Position numbers and translations under genes: made by a program. This document shows positions 50,287 through 61,143 of a stretch of DNA of 64,000 nt, in pieces (position 1 is the stretch's first letter; each line of letters opens with the position of its first letter). Source of the stretch: an uncultured Poribacteria bacterium (GTDB lineage: Bacteria > Poribacteria > WGA-4E > WGA-3G); assembly GCA_951813565.1 (NCBI GenBank), contig OX638351.1, positions 2,784,001 through 2,848,000 on the forward strand, read 5' to 3'. The notes under the pieces were generated by a model. That model was not told the DNA's origin, did no database searches, and saw only the letters and a program-made list of their open reading frames with translations.

Positions 50287-51135
50287 ATGGTAAGTGTCGA
50301 ACGTCCATCAGAAATCGGGACACCTCGCTGGAACGGTGCACAGCAACGTCAACTCCGTTTTGCACTTAATTCCACTGAAGTTGACGAATATCGCGACAAA
50401 GGATTCCTTATCCTTCGCGATGTATTTCTACCTGAAGAGATTGAGATTTATCGCCAAGAGGCAGAGCAGCTTGTTGATCGCGCGTTTTCGTTGAGTCGCG
50501 AATTTCAGCTTGAGCCGAAATATAACCTTCGCTTTGAGATGTTGGGAGATGGTCGTCCATGGAAAATTGACCCGTTTGTAAGTATCTCGCCGCTATTTTC
50601 TGCGCTTGTCCATGACAGACGAATTTTGGATCGGTTGGCATCTCTGTATGGTGGTTACGAAGCGGTGTTGTTCAAAGATAAACTCATCATCAAACCACCA
50701 GATAGCCACGGTAACGGATGTCATCAAGATTACAATTGGTGGCAAGGATTCCCAGAAAGTTTGCTTACGGTTTCAGTTGCGCTTGATGCAAGTACGCGAG
50801 AGAACGGCTGCACAGAACTGTGGACGGGGCATCATCAAGGATTTTTGCATGAACAAGGTTCGCTTGATAAAGGCTCAATTGACCCAGAACAACTCGCGAA
50901 CGAGGAACACGTCTACGTAGACTTAGCGCCAGGGGATATAGCGATCTTTACCTGTTTTACGCCACATGCGGCGGCATCTAATAAATCGAACAGCGCACGA
51001 CGAATGTTATTTCTAAGCTACAACGACAGTCGAGATGGTGAACACTACACCGCGCATTATGAACACTTTCGTTGGTACCGAACGCGCCCGGATCGTATGC
51101 AAGAAGCAGAACGGGCGAAGTATTACTTTCTTTAA
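50287..51135 (+). CDS. Phytanoyl-CoA dioxygenase (PhyH) family protein
   Basis: HQD facial-triad motif, VALD.ST.ENGC, PH...N.S...RR. Confidence 0.9.
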   Translation: MVSVERPSEIGTPRWNGAQQRQLRFALNSTEVDEYRDKGFLILRDVFLPEEIEIYRQEAEQLVDRAFSLSREFQLEPKYNLRFEMLGDGRPWKIDPFVSISPLFSALVHDRRILDRLASLYGGYEAVLFKDKLIIKPPDSHGNGCHQDYNWWQGFPESLLTVSVALDASTRENGCTELWTGHHQGFLHEQGSLDKGSIDPEQLANEEHVYVDLAPGDIAIFTCFTPHAAASNKSNSARRMLFLSYNDSRDGEHYTAHYEHFRWYRTRPDRMQEAERAKYYFL

Positions 51136-51665
51136 CGTCAATTTTAGAGGGTTAATTTGTTTTTTCTGGAAGTTGGATTGTATTTCTGAATCGCGGATTT
51201 ACGCGGATTACACAGATTTGTTAGGTTGCGCTATGCTCAAACCACAGGTGTCAATTTAAGAAAACATGACCGCCTATTCCGACACGGTAGGAGCGGTTTC
51301 TAACCGCTCCGTATTTATCCCAAAGACTCTTGTGGGAGGCGTTTTCAACGCCGATATATCGCGCGGACAAAGCGCTCCCACAAAGATGTCCTGCCGATTA
51401 GTGACTACTAACTCATGCAAGCCCGATGCGGTGAATCAACGCCAAATACGACAAGTGCCATACGCGTGCTTGGCGTTGATTTGGCGTTTGGTATTTGGCG
51501 TTGATTCACCGCATCTACCGAGGGTGAAAATCCACTAAATTGACGCCTATGGGTAGAGCGTAGCGAAACCCAACCTACACACTTACAAAGAAAAGGTCGG
51601 GCACAGAGACCCCGCCCTACAAATAGTATAGAAAACGGGTTTTAAAAGCCAGTTATTTCGTCCTA

Positions 51666-52436
51666 CTACTTCGCTTTGAGTTGTCCCCAAGTAACAGCAA
51701 TTTTACCAAATGCTTCCACAGCTGTTGGGTTACTTTCCATCACTGATGCGATTTCGGCTTCGCTCAATGCCCGGTCATACACCCGCACTTCATCTATCTT
51801 GCCTTTGAAAAGATATTCATGGTTGGCGCGTTCATTTGCGCCTGCACCTATAAGGAGTTCCTGACTAGGATTGACGTTAGGCACAGAGGCTATTTCTCCT
51901 ACCAATTCACCGTTTACGTAGAGTTTCTGTGTGCCATCAGCATAGACACCAGCAAGATGATCCCATTCATCAAGATTCACAGCGGGTCCTTGAACAGATT
52001 TCCATCCACCATCACCTGTCCAAAACTGCCATGTATTGCCGGGTTCGCAATAAAAGATATACCCACTGGTAGGAGGTTCATTACGAGAAGAAACAACAGC
52101 ACGATGCCCTGTCCCTCCAGTTTCTACATTTGCCCAAGCACACACGGTGAAGGCTTCTGGATTAAGGTCCGCATGGTAGGGAACGTTTACCTCATCCCCA
52201 GCTTGATCAAATTCAAGTGCGCCACCAAAGTATCCATCCTTAGTCCATTGCGGGTCCCCTATCAATGCCCCATCGTGTCCATTGCCACTTGAGTCGCTTG
52301 CAGTGTCGCTAGATTCTTCATCAAATGCCCAGTATGCTACCAACCCATCAGTAACTGCATGTGCTAATATCGGCAGTGCCAAGAGACCAACAAAAAATAT
52401 TGTTCCAAATATCAAAGTAATAGATTTCATTTTCAA
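51666..52436 (-). CDS. Secreted LamG/ConA-like domain protein with C-terminal TWGxLK motif
   Basis: Signal peptide, LVAYWAFDE, WDHLAGVY, FKGKIDEVRVYDRALS, AVEAFGKIAVTWGQLKAK. Confidence 0.88.
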   Translation of the reverse strand: MKMKSITLIFGTIFFVGLLALPILAHAVTDGLVAYWAFDEESSDTASDSSGNGHDGALIGDPQWTKDGYFGGALEFDQAGDEVNVPYHADLNPEAFTVCAWANVETGGTGHRAVVSSRNEPPTSGYIFYCEPGNTWQFWTGDGGWKSVQGPAVNLDEWDHLAGVYADGTQKLYVNGELVGEIASVPNVNPSQELLIGAGANERANHEYLFKGKIDEVRVYDRALSEAEIASVMESNPTAVEAFGKIAVTWGQLKAK

Positions 52437-52484
52437 TTCCTTTTGTTATTTTAGTTTTATAGTTGTAGAGGGATTATTGAATAA

Positions 52485-53892
52485 CGCAATAAGTAGTTTT
52501 GGACTTTCAAAAAGCCCTTAAGCGTTATGGAAATTTATACTTAATAGGGTATGAGAATTCGGAAAAGCACTAAACGGCGAAGACTAATTTCTAACTCTAA
52601 TCTGCGAGAACTTCTGCCCCTCCACCTCACATCGGTATAAAAGTTGAGCGCGCTTGATAGATACTTTGCAACGGCAGACAATTCTTCTAATCGTTTTGCC
52701 GTTGTGATATGAGTGTGGTCCAGCTTGTCAAGACCTTATTCTCTAAGTTCTTCTGCCATCGTTGAGTGAGTCTTCATCTCATACTCTCATTGACAAACTT
52801 ATCAAAAATGCTCTCAATGTTCCTATAGTTGTATTTATAGCACGCCTCTGCGACATATAGGGGCGTGTATTCAGTCCAATAGTGGTGATGACTTCCATAC
52901 CAAGCACGTTTGAGAAGTGACCAGAAGCCTTCAATCGTATTGGTATGGACATCACCGTCAACAAATTGTTCTTGATGATCAATGATATGGTGCTTCATCT
53001 CTTTACCGAGTGTGAGATAAGCCTTATACTCATCAGTCATCAACTGCGATTTATCTACTTTAACAACTTCGCGAATAAAATTTAAGATAGTCCGTCCCGT
53101 CAAATCTTTTGCGAGTCTTGCCACAACTTTCCCACCGCGTTCAATCGCTCCGATGATAGCATCTTTATCAGTGCCACGCCCACGCTTAGCAGGATCCCTG
53201 TCCTCTTTTTTGTTCGCTTTGCGAGGTTTACCCCCGACATAAGTTTCGTCAGCCTCTATGATACCTTGTAAGAGGATATTATCTTTAGCCATTTCAGCAC
53301 GGATGCATGTTCCCATACGCCACGCAGTCTTTTGATTCAAGTCCAAATCTCTTGCCAACTGATGACTTGAAAGACTCTTTTTAGCATTCGTCATCAACGA
53401 GATAGCCAAAAACCACTTCTGAAGTGCTATCTTTGTCCCGTGAAACACCGTGCCACAAGTAACCTTGAAAGTAGCAGTGCAATCGTGGCATTGCCAGCGC
53501 CCGATGCGTCCCAATTCCGTTTCTGTTCGTCTTGCAACGTTTGGGCAATCACAATGTGGACACTTCGGTTTACCCTTCCACCGAATACTCTCTAAATGTT
53601 CAATACAACTCTCTTGATCAGGGAATCGTTCCATCACTTTCAACAAATCCATCAGAAAACTCCTTTTTAGGAGTTGCTTTTTCTGACAGGTTTCTGATAC
53701 AATAATTAGATAAGACAGAATGCCAGAAAAGCAACTCGCTTTTTTGTGTTCAATTAGGGGGTTAGCAGCCCTCTAATTTCTTATCTAAATTGTATCATAT
53801 TTTCACAATTAAAACAAGCGAAAAATGTAGTCTACACAAGGATTTAGAGCGATTTTTAAAATTTTGTTGAAAGTCCAAAACTACTTATTGCG
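52485..53892 (-). mobile_element. IS1595-family insertion sequence, 1408 bp
   Basis: Perfect 26-bp TIR CGCAATAAGTAGTTTTGGACTTTCAA; 8-bp TSD TTGAATAA at 52477-52484 and 53893-53900. Confidence 0.92.
52774..53652 (-). CDS. IS1595-family transposase
   Basis: N-terminal zinc ribbon CPHC...CHDC, EADETYVGG, TDEY, HTNTIEGFWSLLKR. Confidence 0.93.
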   Translation of the reverse strand: MDLLKVMERFPDQESCIEHLESIRWKGKPKCPHCDCPNVARRTETELGRIGRWQCHDCTATFKVTCGTVFHGTKIALQKWFLAISLMTNAKKSLSSHQLARDLDLNQKTAWRMGTCIRAEMAKDNILLQGIIEADETYVGGKPRKANKKEDRDPAKRGRGTDKDAIIGAIERGGKVVARLAKDLTGRTILNFIREVVKVDKSQLMTDEYKAYLTLGKEMKHHIIDHQEQFVDGDVHTNTIEGFWSLLKRAWYGSHHHYWTEYTPLYVAEACYKYNYRNIESIFDKFVNESMR

Positions 53893-53995
53893 TTGAATAA
53901 TGTTACTGCAAAGAGCGTACAGACCCCTCAAACTGTTTCTCATTGCGATGATTATAGCTCTAAAATTAAGAGCGTTTTGCTATATTCCAATATCG

Positions 53996-54769
53996 TTACT
54001 TTGCCTTGAGTTTTCCCCAAGTGACAGCGATTTTGCCCGATGCTTCTACTGCTAACGAATCACTTTCCATCACCGCAGCGATTTCCTTCTCGTCCAGCAC
54101 GCGGTTATAGAGCCGCACTTCGTCAATTATACCCTTGAAAAGATATTCGTGATTGGCGCGCTCATTTGCCCCTGCACCGATGAGGAACTCCTGTTGTGAA
54201 TTGAAGTTAGGGTTGGAATCCCTTTCTCCTACAAGTTTCCCGTTCACGTAAAATTTCTGTTTACCATCAGCAAAGGTGCCAGCAAGATGATCCCATTTAC
54301 CAAGATTCACTGCTGGCCCTTGAACGGAAACCCACGGTGTCGCTCCATCACCTGTCCAAAATTGCCATGTATGATCAGTGGGTTCTGCGTAAAAGATATA
54401 CCCACTCGTAGGAGGTTCATCACGAGAAGAAACAACGGCCCGATGCCCTGCGCTTCCCGGTTCCACGTTTGCCCAAGCACACACGGTGAAGGCTTCTGGA
54501 TTGAGATCCTCATGAAAGGGAACGTTTACCTCATCTCCCACTTGATCAAATTCAAGGCCGCCATCGAAGTATCCATCCTTAGTCCATTGTGGGTCTCCCA
54601 TCAACTTCCCATCATGTCCGTTTCCAGATGAGTCGCTTGCAGTATCACCTTTCGTTTCATTGAAATCCCAGTACGCAACAATACCTTCCTCAACAGCTTG
54701 CACTAATATCGGAAGCATTAAGAATCCTGCAAATAGCAGGAGCGTAAATACAAATTTGATTTTTTTCAT
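53996..54769 (-). CDS. Secreted LamG/ConA-like domain protein (close paralog of 51666..52436)
   Basis: Same architecture; ends AVEASGKIAVTWGKLKAK. Confidence 0.88.
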   Translation of the reverse strand: MKKIKFVFTLLLFAGFLMLPILVQAVEEGIVAYWDFNETKGDTASDSSGNGHDGKLMGDPQWTKDGYFDGGLEFDQVGDEVNVPFHEDLNPEAFTVCAWANVEPGSAGHRAVVSSRDEPPTSGYIFYAEPTDHTWQFWTGDGATPWVSVQGPAVNLGKWDHLAGTFADGKQKFYVNGKLVGERDSNPNFNSQQEFLIGAGANERANHEYLFKGIIDEVRLYNRVLDEKEIAAVMESDSLAVEASGKIAVTWGKLKAK

Positions 54770-54978
54770 TTTCTTTCCCTTTAGTTGATGTTAAATTTGC
54801 GCTTAAAAGTAGCAGACACCCACAAATATCGCACGAGCATTTAGTGTTGATCTGACACTTTGTAAGCATACTGTCTATAATTGATCTTACCCATAATTGA
54901 CGGTAGTATACCAAATATTATAAAAAGAGTCAAAAAATAGAATATGTAATAGAGGTAATTATGGGAGGGAAGGAGTTT

Positions 54979-56424
54979 TTATACCAAATGCCGCTGGCGT
55001 ATGTCATCCCAGGGACCTGTAATAGCAATTGTGATGCCTGGGTTCTGGATATTGACAAAGAGTGTTGTGCCATCAGGTGAGAACGTTGCACCTGCTAACT
55101 CAGAGGTATTACTGGCGTTTCGGGCAAATTGATAGGTGTGTCCTTCAGGTGTAACGCCGACTATAAACTGATCTTTTGCACCGTCTTCACAGATAATGAG
55201 GTCACCCCACGGTGCGATGGTCAGGTTATCGGCATTTTCAAGAAGTTTACTGTCATTTGGTTCAATAAAAAGTTCCAGGGTGCCAGGGTCTTTATCTTCC
55301 CTGCTTGTGCCTTCATAAGGACTTGGGGTATATCGCCAGATTTGTCCTTTTTGCGCTATCCCCCCATTTGTGCATGCAATATAAAACGCATCTCCACTAA
55401 ACCATATCCCCTCACCACGGGCAAACTTCGCTGCGTTTTTACCTTCAACGCCTTGCATGCGAAGGTCATCTTTGGGCGCTTCCACGTTTTCTACATCTAC
55501 CCATTCAACAGCCATTTTCTGTGAGACAAGGACAGGATCATACGTCCACGGCGCAATCTTTTGTAAACGGTTTTTCCAGTTTCGGGTATCAGCGGCCTTC
55601 ATGTTTCTAATTTTTAATGCTTGTAAGCGACCACCTTTGACAAGTTTACCGGGTTCTTCAGGAATGAAGCGATAGAATAATCCGTCATTTCTATCTTCGG
55701 TTTCGTAGACAATACCGGTGCGTGAGTCCACAGCAACTGCTTCATGATTGAAACGTCCCATCGCTTTTAGAGGGATAGCTTCAGCTAATCCTGGCGTAGT
55801 AGAAATGGGCACTTCGAAATTGTAACCGTGATCCTGTTCAAACGCATTTTCAGCTTTTTGCACCGTTTCCTCACAGGTTATCCATGTGTTCCATGGTGTT
55901 GTTCCACCAGCACAATTGCGGATCGTTCCAGCTAAACTCAAGAAATGGCTTTCAAGTGTAGCGGTACGGGTATCATAGACAAGCGTTGTCGTTGCCCCAA
56001 GACTGGGAACTTTCTTATAACCTAAATCGTAAAATTTGTCAGTGTCAACCAGATTGAGCTTTTCGTTGTTCCATCCAAAGGGTCCGACAATTTTGTCAGT
56101 AGCGTTCAATTCGTGATTGCGGATAAGGATTGTTTTTCCATCAGCCCCAGGGAATGCAGCCATTCCATCGTGCTTGCCCGGTACCCAAAGACCATCATCC
56201 ATCTTCTCACCTGTCCGAGAAAATGCATGTGCTACAAATCCTTCAGGTAAGTCAAGGAGCTGGTTTTGGGTTGGTTTAAAAATATAGGGCGGCTTAGGTT
56301 TGAGTCCTGGCACGTATTTTTTCAGTTTACGACTCACACCTGAAAACCCGAAACCGACTGCCGCAGATGCAGCAGCTACTGCACCATAGCTGAGGAACTG
56401 CCGTCGAGATAAATTGAATTTCAC
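54979..56424 (-). CDS. phoX: PhoX-family alkaline phosphatase, Tat-exported
   Basis: SRRQFL Tat motif, RNHE, NCAGG.TPW.TW.TCEE, GRFNHEA, DNL, ICED, ELAG..FSPDG.TLFVNIQ.PG. Confidence 0.88.
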   Translation of the reverse strand: MKFNLSRRQFLSYGAVAAASAAVGFGFSGVSRKLKKYVPGLKPKPPYIFKPTQNQLLDLPEGFVAHAFSRTGEKMDDGLWVPGKHDGMAAFPGADGKTILIRNHELNATDKIVGPFGWNNEKLNLVDTDKFYDLGYKKVPSLGATTTLVYDTRTATLESHFLSLAGTIRNCAGGTTPWNTWITCEETVQKAENAFEQDHGYNFEVPISTTPGLAEAIPLKAMGRFNHEAVAVDSRTGIVYETEDRNDGLFYRFIPEEPGKLVKGGRLQALKIRNMKAADTRNWKNRLQKIAPWTYDPVLVSQKMAVEWVDVENVEAPKDDLRMQGVEGKNAAKFARGEGIWFSGDAFYIACTNGGIAQKGQIWRYTPSPYEGTSREDKDPGTLELFIEPNDSKLLENADNLTIAPWGDLIICEDGAKDQFIVGVTPEGHTYQFARNASNTSELAGATFSPDGTTLFVNIQNPGITIAITGPWDDIRQRHLV

Positions 56425-56756
56425 CGTTTCCTTTCTCCTGTCCTAAATTTACGTAGAACAACTAAAAATCGCAACATTATGGATGTTGTTTTAAGGATAG
56501 TCTTAAATTGTTACATTTGTTTTGAGATTTCTGTAAGTTTTATTGACAACTTTTTCAATTCTCATTGTATTTCCTGCATTTCATTTTGCCCATAAGGAAA
56601 GGATTAATTTTGACACAGTATGCCATTTTGTGTTAAAATTCCACAACGAACATAAAGTATAACATAGTTTCAGGAAATGTGCATTAATTCTGCACAATTT
56701 TAAAAGTAGCAAGCACGTGAGTATACTATCAAATAAAACGTAAGGAGAACCGTGTA

Positions 56757-59309
56757 ATGGAGACCTACAGTTATGCCCCTGAAGAAATAGAGCCGTATTG
56801 GCAAGCGGCATGGCGAGAAAAGGAAGCATTCAAAATACCCAACGATATTGAGACATTAAAAAAGAAACCGAAATTTTATGTGCTTGGAATGTTTCCATAT
56901 ACTTCAGGAGCAGGACTCCACATGGGGCACACAAAAAACTACGTCCCCACCGATGTACTCGCAAATTTCAAGCGAATGCAAGGCTATCACGTAATGCACC
57001 CGATGGGATGGGATGCGTTCGGACTTCCGACTGAACGGACTGCAGTCCGAGAAAATGAACATCCAGCACATATTACAAAACGGAATACCGAAACTTTTCA
57101 ACAGCAGATTCAACGTATCGGTCTTTCCTACGATTGGGCTCGCAAAATTGACACCTCCCTTCCCGAATACTACAGATGGACACAATGGATTTTTCTGCGC
57201 CTCTATGAAAAAGACTTGGCGTATCTCGCTGATGTCCCCGTTAACTGGTGTCCCGCATTAGGCACTGTCCTTTCTAACGAAGAGGTAAAGGACGGTAAAT
57301 ATGTTGAAACCGATGACCCGGTTGAACGCCGCCTGATGCACCAGTGGATGCTAAAAATTACCGCCTATGCAGAACGTCTATTGGAAGATTTGGACCTATT
57401 GGATTGGCCTGACGGTCTCAAAGAGATGCAGCGGCATTGGATAGGTAAATCCGAAGGCGCAGAAATCACTTTTGGGATCAAAGACCGTGATTCTACGTTT
57501 ACCGTTTTCACTACACGTCCTGATACGCCCTTCGGCGCAACCTACTGCGTGCTTGCCCCTGAACACCCGCTTGTCGCTCAGATAACACACCCCGATGCTG
57601 TTTCTGCTGTTTACAATTATGTGCAGGAAGCAGCCAACAAATCTGACCTCCAACGCACAGACCTTGCCACAGAAAAAACCGGTGTTTTCACGGGTGCTTA
57701 CGCTATCAATCCGTGTAACAATCAACCTATCCCAATTTGGGTAGCAGATTATGTTCTGATGACTTACGGCACAGGCGCTATCATGGCTGTTCCAGGACAT
57801 GATGAACGCGACCATGAATTCGCCACGACTTTCGGTATTCCTATTGTTGAAGTTATCAGTGGTGGTGAAAAACCAATTGAGGAAGAAGCATTTGAAGGTG
57901 ATGGCGTGTGTGTTAACTCCGATTTTCTGAACGGTTTGCAGGTTCACGATGCAAAAGAGAAGATGATTGCATGGCTTGAAAGTGAAAAAAAAGGCAAGCG
58001 TCAGATTCAGTATCGTCTGCGGGATTGGCTTTTCTCTCGGCAAAGGTATTGGGGTGAACCCTTTCCACTTGCACATCTTGATGACGGTACAATTGTTCAA
58101 CTTCCTGATGACCATTTGCCTATAGAACTGCCACCGATTGATGCCTATAAACCGACAGAGGATGGTAAACCCCCGCTTGCTCGTGCCGATGAGGCGTGGT
58201 TGAAGGTTCAACTGCCTGACGGTCGAATTGCGACGCGAGAGACAAACATTATGCCACAGTGGGCAGGTTCCTGTTGGTATTATCTCCGCTTTTTGGATGC
58301 ACACAATACAGATGCGCCTTTTGACACTGCGCTTGAACGTTATTGGATGCCAGTTGATCTATATATGGGTGGGGCAGAACATGCTGTACTACATCTACTT
58401 TATGCGCGTTTTTGGCACAAGGTGCTTTACGATTGCGGATTGGTCTCTACTAAAGAACCGTTCCAGGGACTTCTCAACCAAGGAACTATTCTGGCGGAAT
58501 CTTTCCAAGACGATGCTGGTAAATACTATTACCCAAACGAAGTTGAGAGGGGCAACGAAAAAGCAACAGCAAAAACTTCTGGTAAACCGCTCCATGTGCA
58601 ACTGGAAAAGATGTCTAAATCTCGCTTTAACGTCATAAATCCGAACGATGTTATTGACAAATATGGAGCGGATGCGCTTCGACTCTATCTGCTATTTATC
58701 GGTCCGGTCACAGCAAGCACGCCGTGGCAGGACGCTGGCGTAGAGGGGGTGTATCGATTCCTTCAACGTGTCTGGCGGCTTGTTGTTGATGAACAGAGCG
58801 GTGAACTTAATGAAAAGTTGACTGATGCTGCTGGCACAACGGAGTCTGAACTTTGGCGGGAACTCCACAAAACTATCAAGCAGGTGACAGAGGACACAGA
58901 GTCAATTGACAAGATGAACACAGCGATTAGCCAAATGATGATTTTTGTCAATACTGCAACGCAGCTCAAATCACTACCGATAGAGACGGTGAAGGTATTC
59001 CTCCATCTATTGGCACCTTATGCACCGCACATTTCGCAGGAGTTGTGGCATCGCCTCGGTGAAACAGGATTCATTGCTCATGCCGCGTGGCCGAAATGTG
59101 ATGAAACAGTGCTTGAAAGTGCCACGATCACCATTATCGCACAAGTAAATGGAAAACTTCGAAACCGTCTACAACTTCCCACAGATGCTACTGACAAAGA
59201 GATTGAGGAAGCCGCACTAGCAGATGAAAGAGTTCAGCGGTTTATTGAAGGAAAACCGATTCGGAAGGTGATTGTCGTGCCGAATCGCCTGATTAATATC
59301 GTTGTTTAG
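56757..59309 (+). CDS. leuS: Leucine--tRNA ligase
   Basis: MFPYTSGAGLHMGH (HIGH motif), FTTRPDT editing domain, KMSKS. Confidence 0.97.
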   Translation: METYSYAPEEIEPYWQAAWREKEAFKIPNDIETLKKKPKFYVLGMFPYTSGAGLHMGHTKNYVPTDVLANFKRMQGYHVMHPMGWDAFGLPTERTAVRENEHPAHITKRNTETFQQQIQRIGLSYDWARKIDTSLPEYYRWTQWIFLRLYEKDLAYLADVPVNWCPALGTVLSNEEVKDGKYVETDDPVERRLMHQWMLKITAYAERLLEDLDLLDWPDGLKEMQRHWIGKSEGAEITFGIKDRDSTFTVFTTRPDTPFGATYCVLAPEHPLVAQITHPDAVSAVYNYVQEAANKSDLQRTDLATEKTGVFTGAYAINPCNNQPIPIWVADYVLMTYGTGAIMAVPGHDERDHEFATTFGIPIVEVISGGEKPIEEEAFEGDGVCVNSDFLNGLQVHDAKEKMIAWLESEKKGKRQIQYRLRDWLFSRQRYWGEPFPLAHLDDGTIVQLPDDHLPIELPPIDAYKPTEDGKPPLARADEAWLKVQLPDGRIATRETNIMPQWAGSCWYYLRFLDAHNTDAPFDTALERYWMPVDLYMGGAEHAVLHLLYARFWHKVLYDCGLVSTKEPFQGLLNQGTILAESFQDDAGKYYYPNEVERGNEKATAKTSGKPLHVQLEKMSKSRFNVINPNDVIDKYGADALRLYLLFIGPVTASTPWQDAGVEGVYRFLQRVWRLVVDEQSGELNEKLTDAAGTTESELWRELHKTIKQVTEDTESIDKMNTAISQMMIFVNTATQLKSLPIETVKVFLHLLAPYAPHISQELWHRLGETGFIAHAAWPKCDETVLESATITIIAQVNGKLRNRLQLPTDATDKEIEEAALADERVQRFIEGKPIRKVIVVPNRLINIVV

Positions 59310-59942
59310 ATATCATTTCTGAACACTAATTTGTTGGATGAGGTTCCCGTACTCAGTTCATAGATTGTCTAACAAATATGGACATTGAATCCGCAAGCTT
59401 TTGCTTGGGGATTCAATGCCCCACAGGTTTTAATTGACAGAAGGGATGCTGGCTGGATGAATATCGGTCAGAGACTTCCCGTTATAAGTTGAGGTTGCGT
59501 TGTCAGTCAGTCTGAGTCGAAAGATTCGGATTGATTTTTTCTTTGTGTTGCTGTATACTATTAAAATCTTTGGAGATGCAATAAAATCATCTTAGATGAT
59601 GATACTAATAATTTGATTGGACTGACTAAAGAGATGTTGAAAGTTGCTAATAATTTTCTTGAAAAGATAGACAATACTTATTTGAAGGCAATAGGTATAA
59701 AACGCAATGCTAAGGCAGAAGCAGAAGCAAAAGGATATACTGCCATCGCGGGATGTGGAACAATAACATTTTCAGGACAAACGCAAATTGAGCAAAAAAA
59801 GAAGATATTAGACTTAAAACGGTTCTCCGCTATTTTGGTATTTTAACCTTCTAAATCCCAACCCTTCTTTATCCTCTTATCAAGGGCAGGGAGACTTTTG
59901 AACCTATTGCGTCTGTCCTACATTTTTTAAAAGAAGAACACC

Positions 59943-60065
59943 ATGCCATATTTTGATTATACCTACGAAGCCATCGTCGCTCGCGGTGAGGAAATTTATC
60001 AACAGTTTCGGGACGAACTTGAATCTCAGTACAAAGGACAGTTTTTTGTGGTTGACATTAAATAA
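59943..60065 (+). pseudogene. Short, probably truncated hypothetical protein (MPYFDYTYEAIVARGEEIYQQFRDELESQYKGQFFVVDIK)
   Basis: Translated by hand; resembles the N-terminus of small proteins that usually precede clan AA proteases (recollection, not searched). Confidence 0.4.
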
Positions 60066-60079
60066 AAATAGGTGAAATA

Positions 60080-61105
60080 ATGCGTATCAAATGTATAATT
60101 AGTGTATTCATATTAGTTTTTATGGTAGGCGGGGTTGTGTTTGCAGAGGATGATGCGGGAAAACTGGTCTTTGCCATTCGTGAGCCGTTACTGAATGAAG
60201 ACGGTTTCCGAATCACAACACGGACACTGGAGAGAGGGCGAGATGTAACAAATTGGTGGGAATTCCATCAGTATAACATCTGTACGATGAATCCGGATGG
60301 CACAGATTTCCGCCGACTCACCGATGATGCGGTTTCGCGTAACCCGCGCTTGTCACCAGATGGGGAGCGAATTGCTTACATATCCGGGGTGGACCGGGCA
60401 AAATCGCTATATGTGATGCATGCAGATGGCACCGAGAAAAAGCAGCTGATCAAGAGAGAGTATGACATTCACGATTTCTGGTGGTCTCCTTTAAGCCACG
60501 CTATTCTGGTTGTGGTAGAGATTGACCGTGCGAAAGATCGACTGGAAAATTGGGAAGTAACGGTTGATGGAAAAATAAAGCGGTGGCGGACCCTGCAGTG
60601 GGCAAGAGGATGGCTATATTGGGATGCGAAAGGCGAAAGGGTTAAAGAACCGAATAGAAAATTGCTTGAAGTGTTACCAAAGGGAACAAGATGGCCCGAG
60701 TGGTCGCCTGACCGTAAATGGATAGCATTTAAGACCGATGGTTTCCTTGCGCTTGCAGAACCGGATGTCGTCAGTAAGGGTAGAACATGGTTTCTGCAAC
60801 GCGACGAGCCGCCGTGTGGAAGCATTGAAGAGTGGTCACCAGATGGCAAACAGGTTTTGTTTTATACATCAGGCGAGGTCTGTGTTGCCACTGTAGAGAA
60901 GGGGCGATTTAAAAGCTACCTCAATCTGAGTCTTTACCCAGGACGTGACGCGACATGGAGCCCAGACGGTAGCCAAATTGCATTTATTGGTGGCGATTCG
61001 GATGGGCGACGCACCAGCGAAATCTTCATCTTAGATGTTGAAACTGGCAAAATGCAACAAATTACCTCAACTACTTACGATTACTTTGATCTACATTGGC
61101 GGTAA
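60080..61105 (+). CDS. Exported TolB-like beta-propeller (PD40 repeats)
   Basis: Signal peptide; repeated WSPDG/LSPDG motifs. Confidence 0.85.
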   Translation: MRIKCIISVFILVFMVGGVVFAEDDAGKLVFAIREPLLNEDGFRITTRTLERGRDVTNWWEFHQYNICTMNPDGTDFRRLTDDAVSRNPRLSPDGERIAYISGVDRAKSLYVMHADGTEKKQLIKREYDIHDFWWSPLSHAILVVVEIDRAKDRLENWEVTVDGKIKRWRTLQWARGWLYWDAKGERVKEPNRKLLEVLPKGTRWPEWSPDRKWIAFKTDGFLALAEPDVVSKGRTWFLQRDEPPCGSIEEWSPDGKQVLFYTSGEVCVATVEKGRFKSYLNLSLYPGRDATWSPDGSQIAFIGGDSDGRRTSEIFILDVETGKMQQITSTTYDYFDLHWR

Positions 61106-61143
61106 AGCAAACCGTTAACTATAGGTAGCAACTTATATTATTT

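Noticed and set aside
57396..58304. 302-aa minus-strand ORF (and similar antisense ORFs over guaA, proA, obgE and the TPR gene)
   Set aside because: These are shadow ORFs antisense to well-supported genes, with no recognisable motifs.
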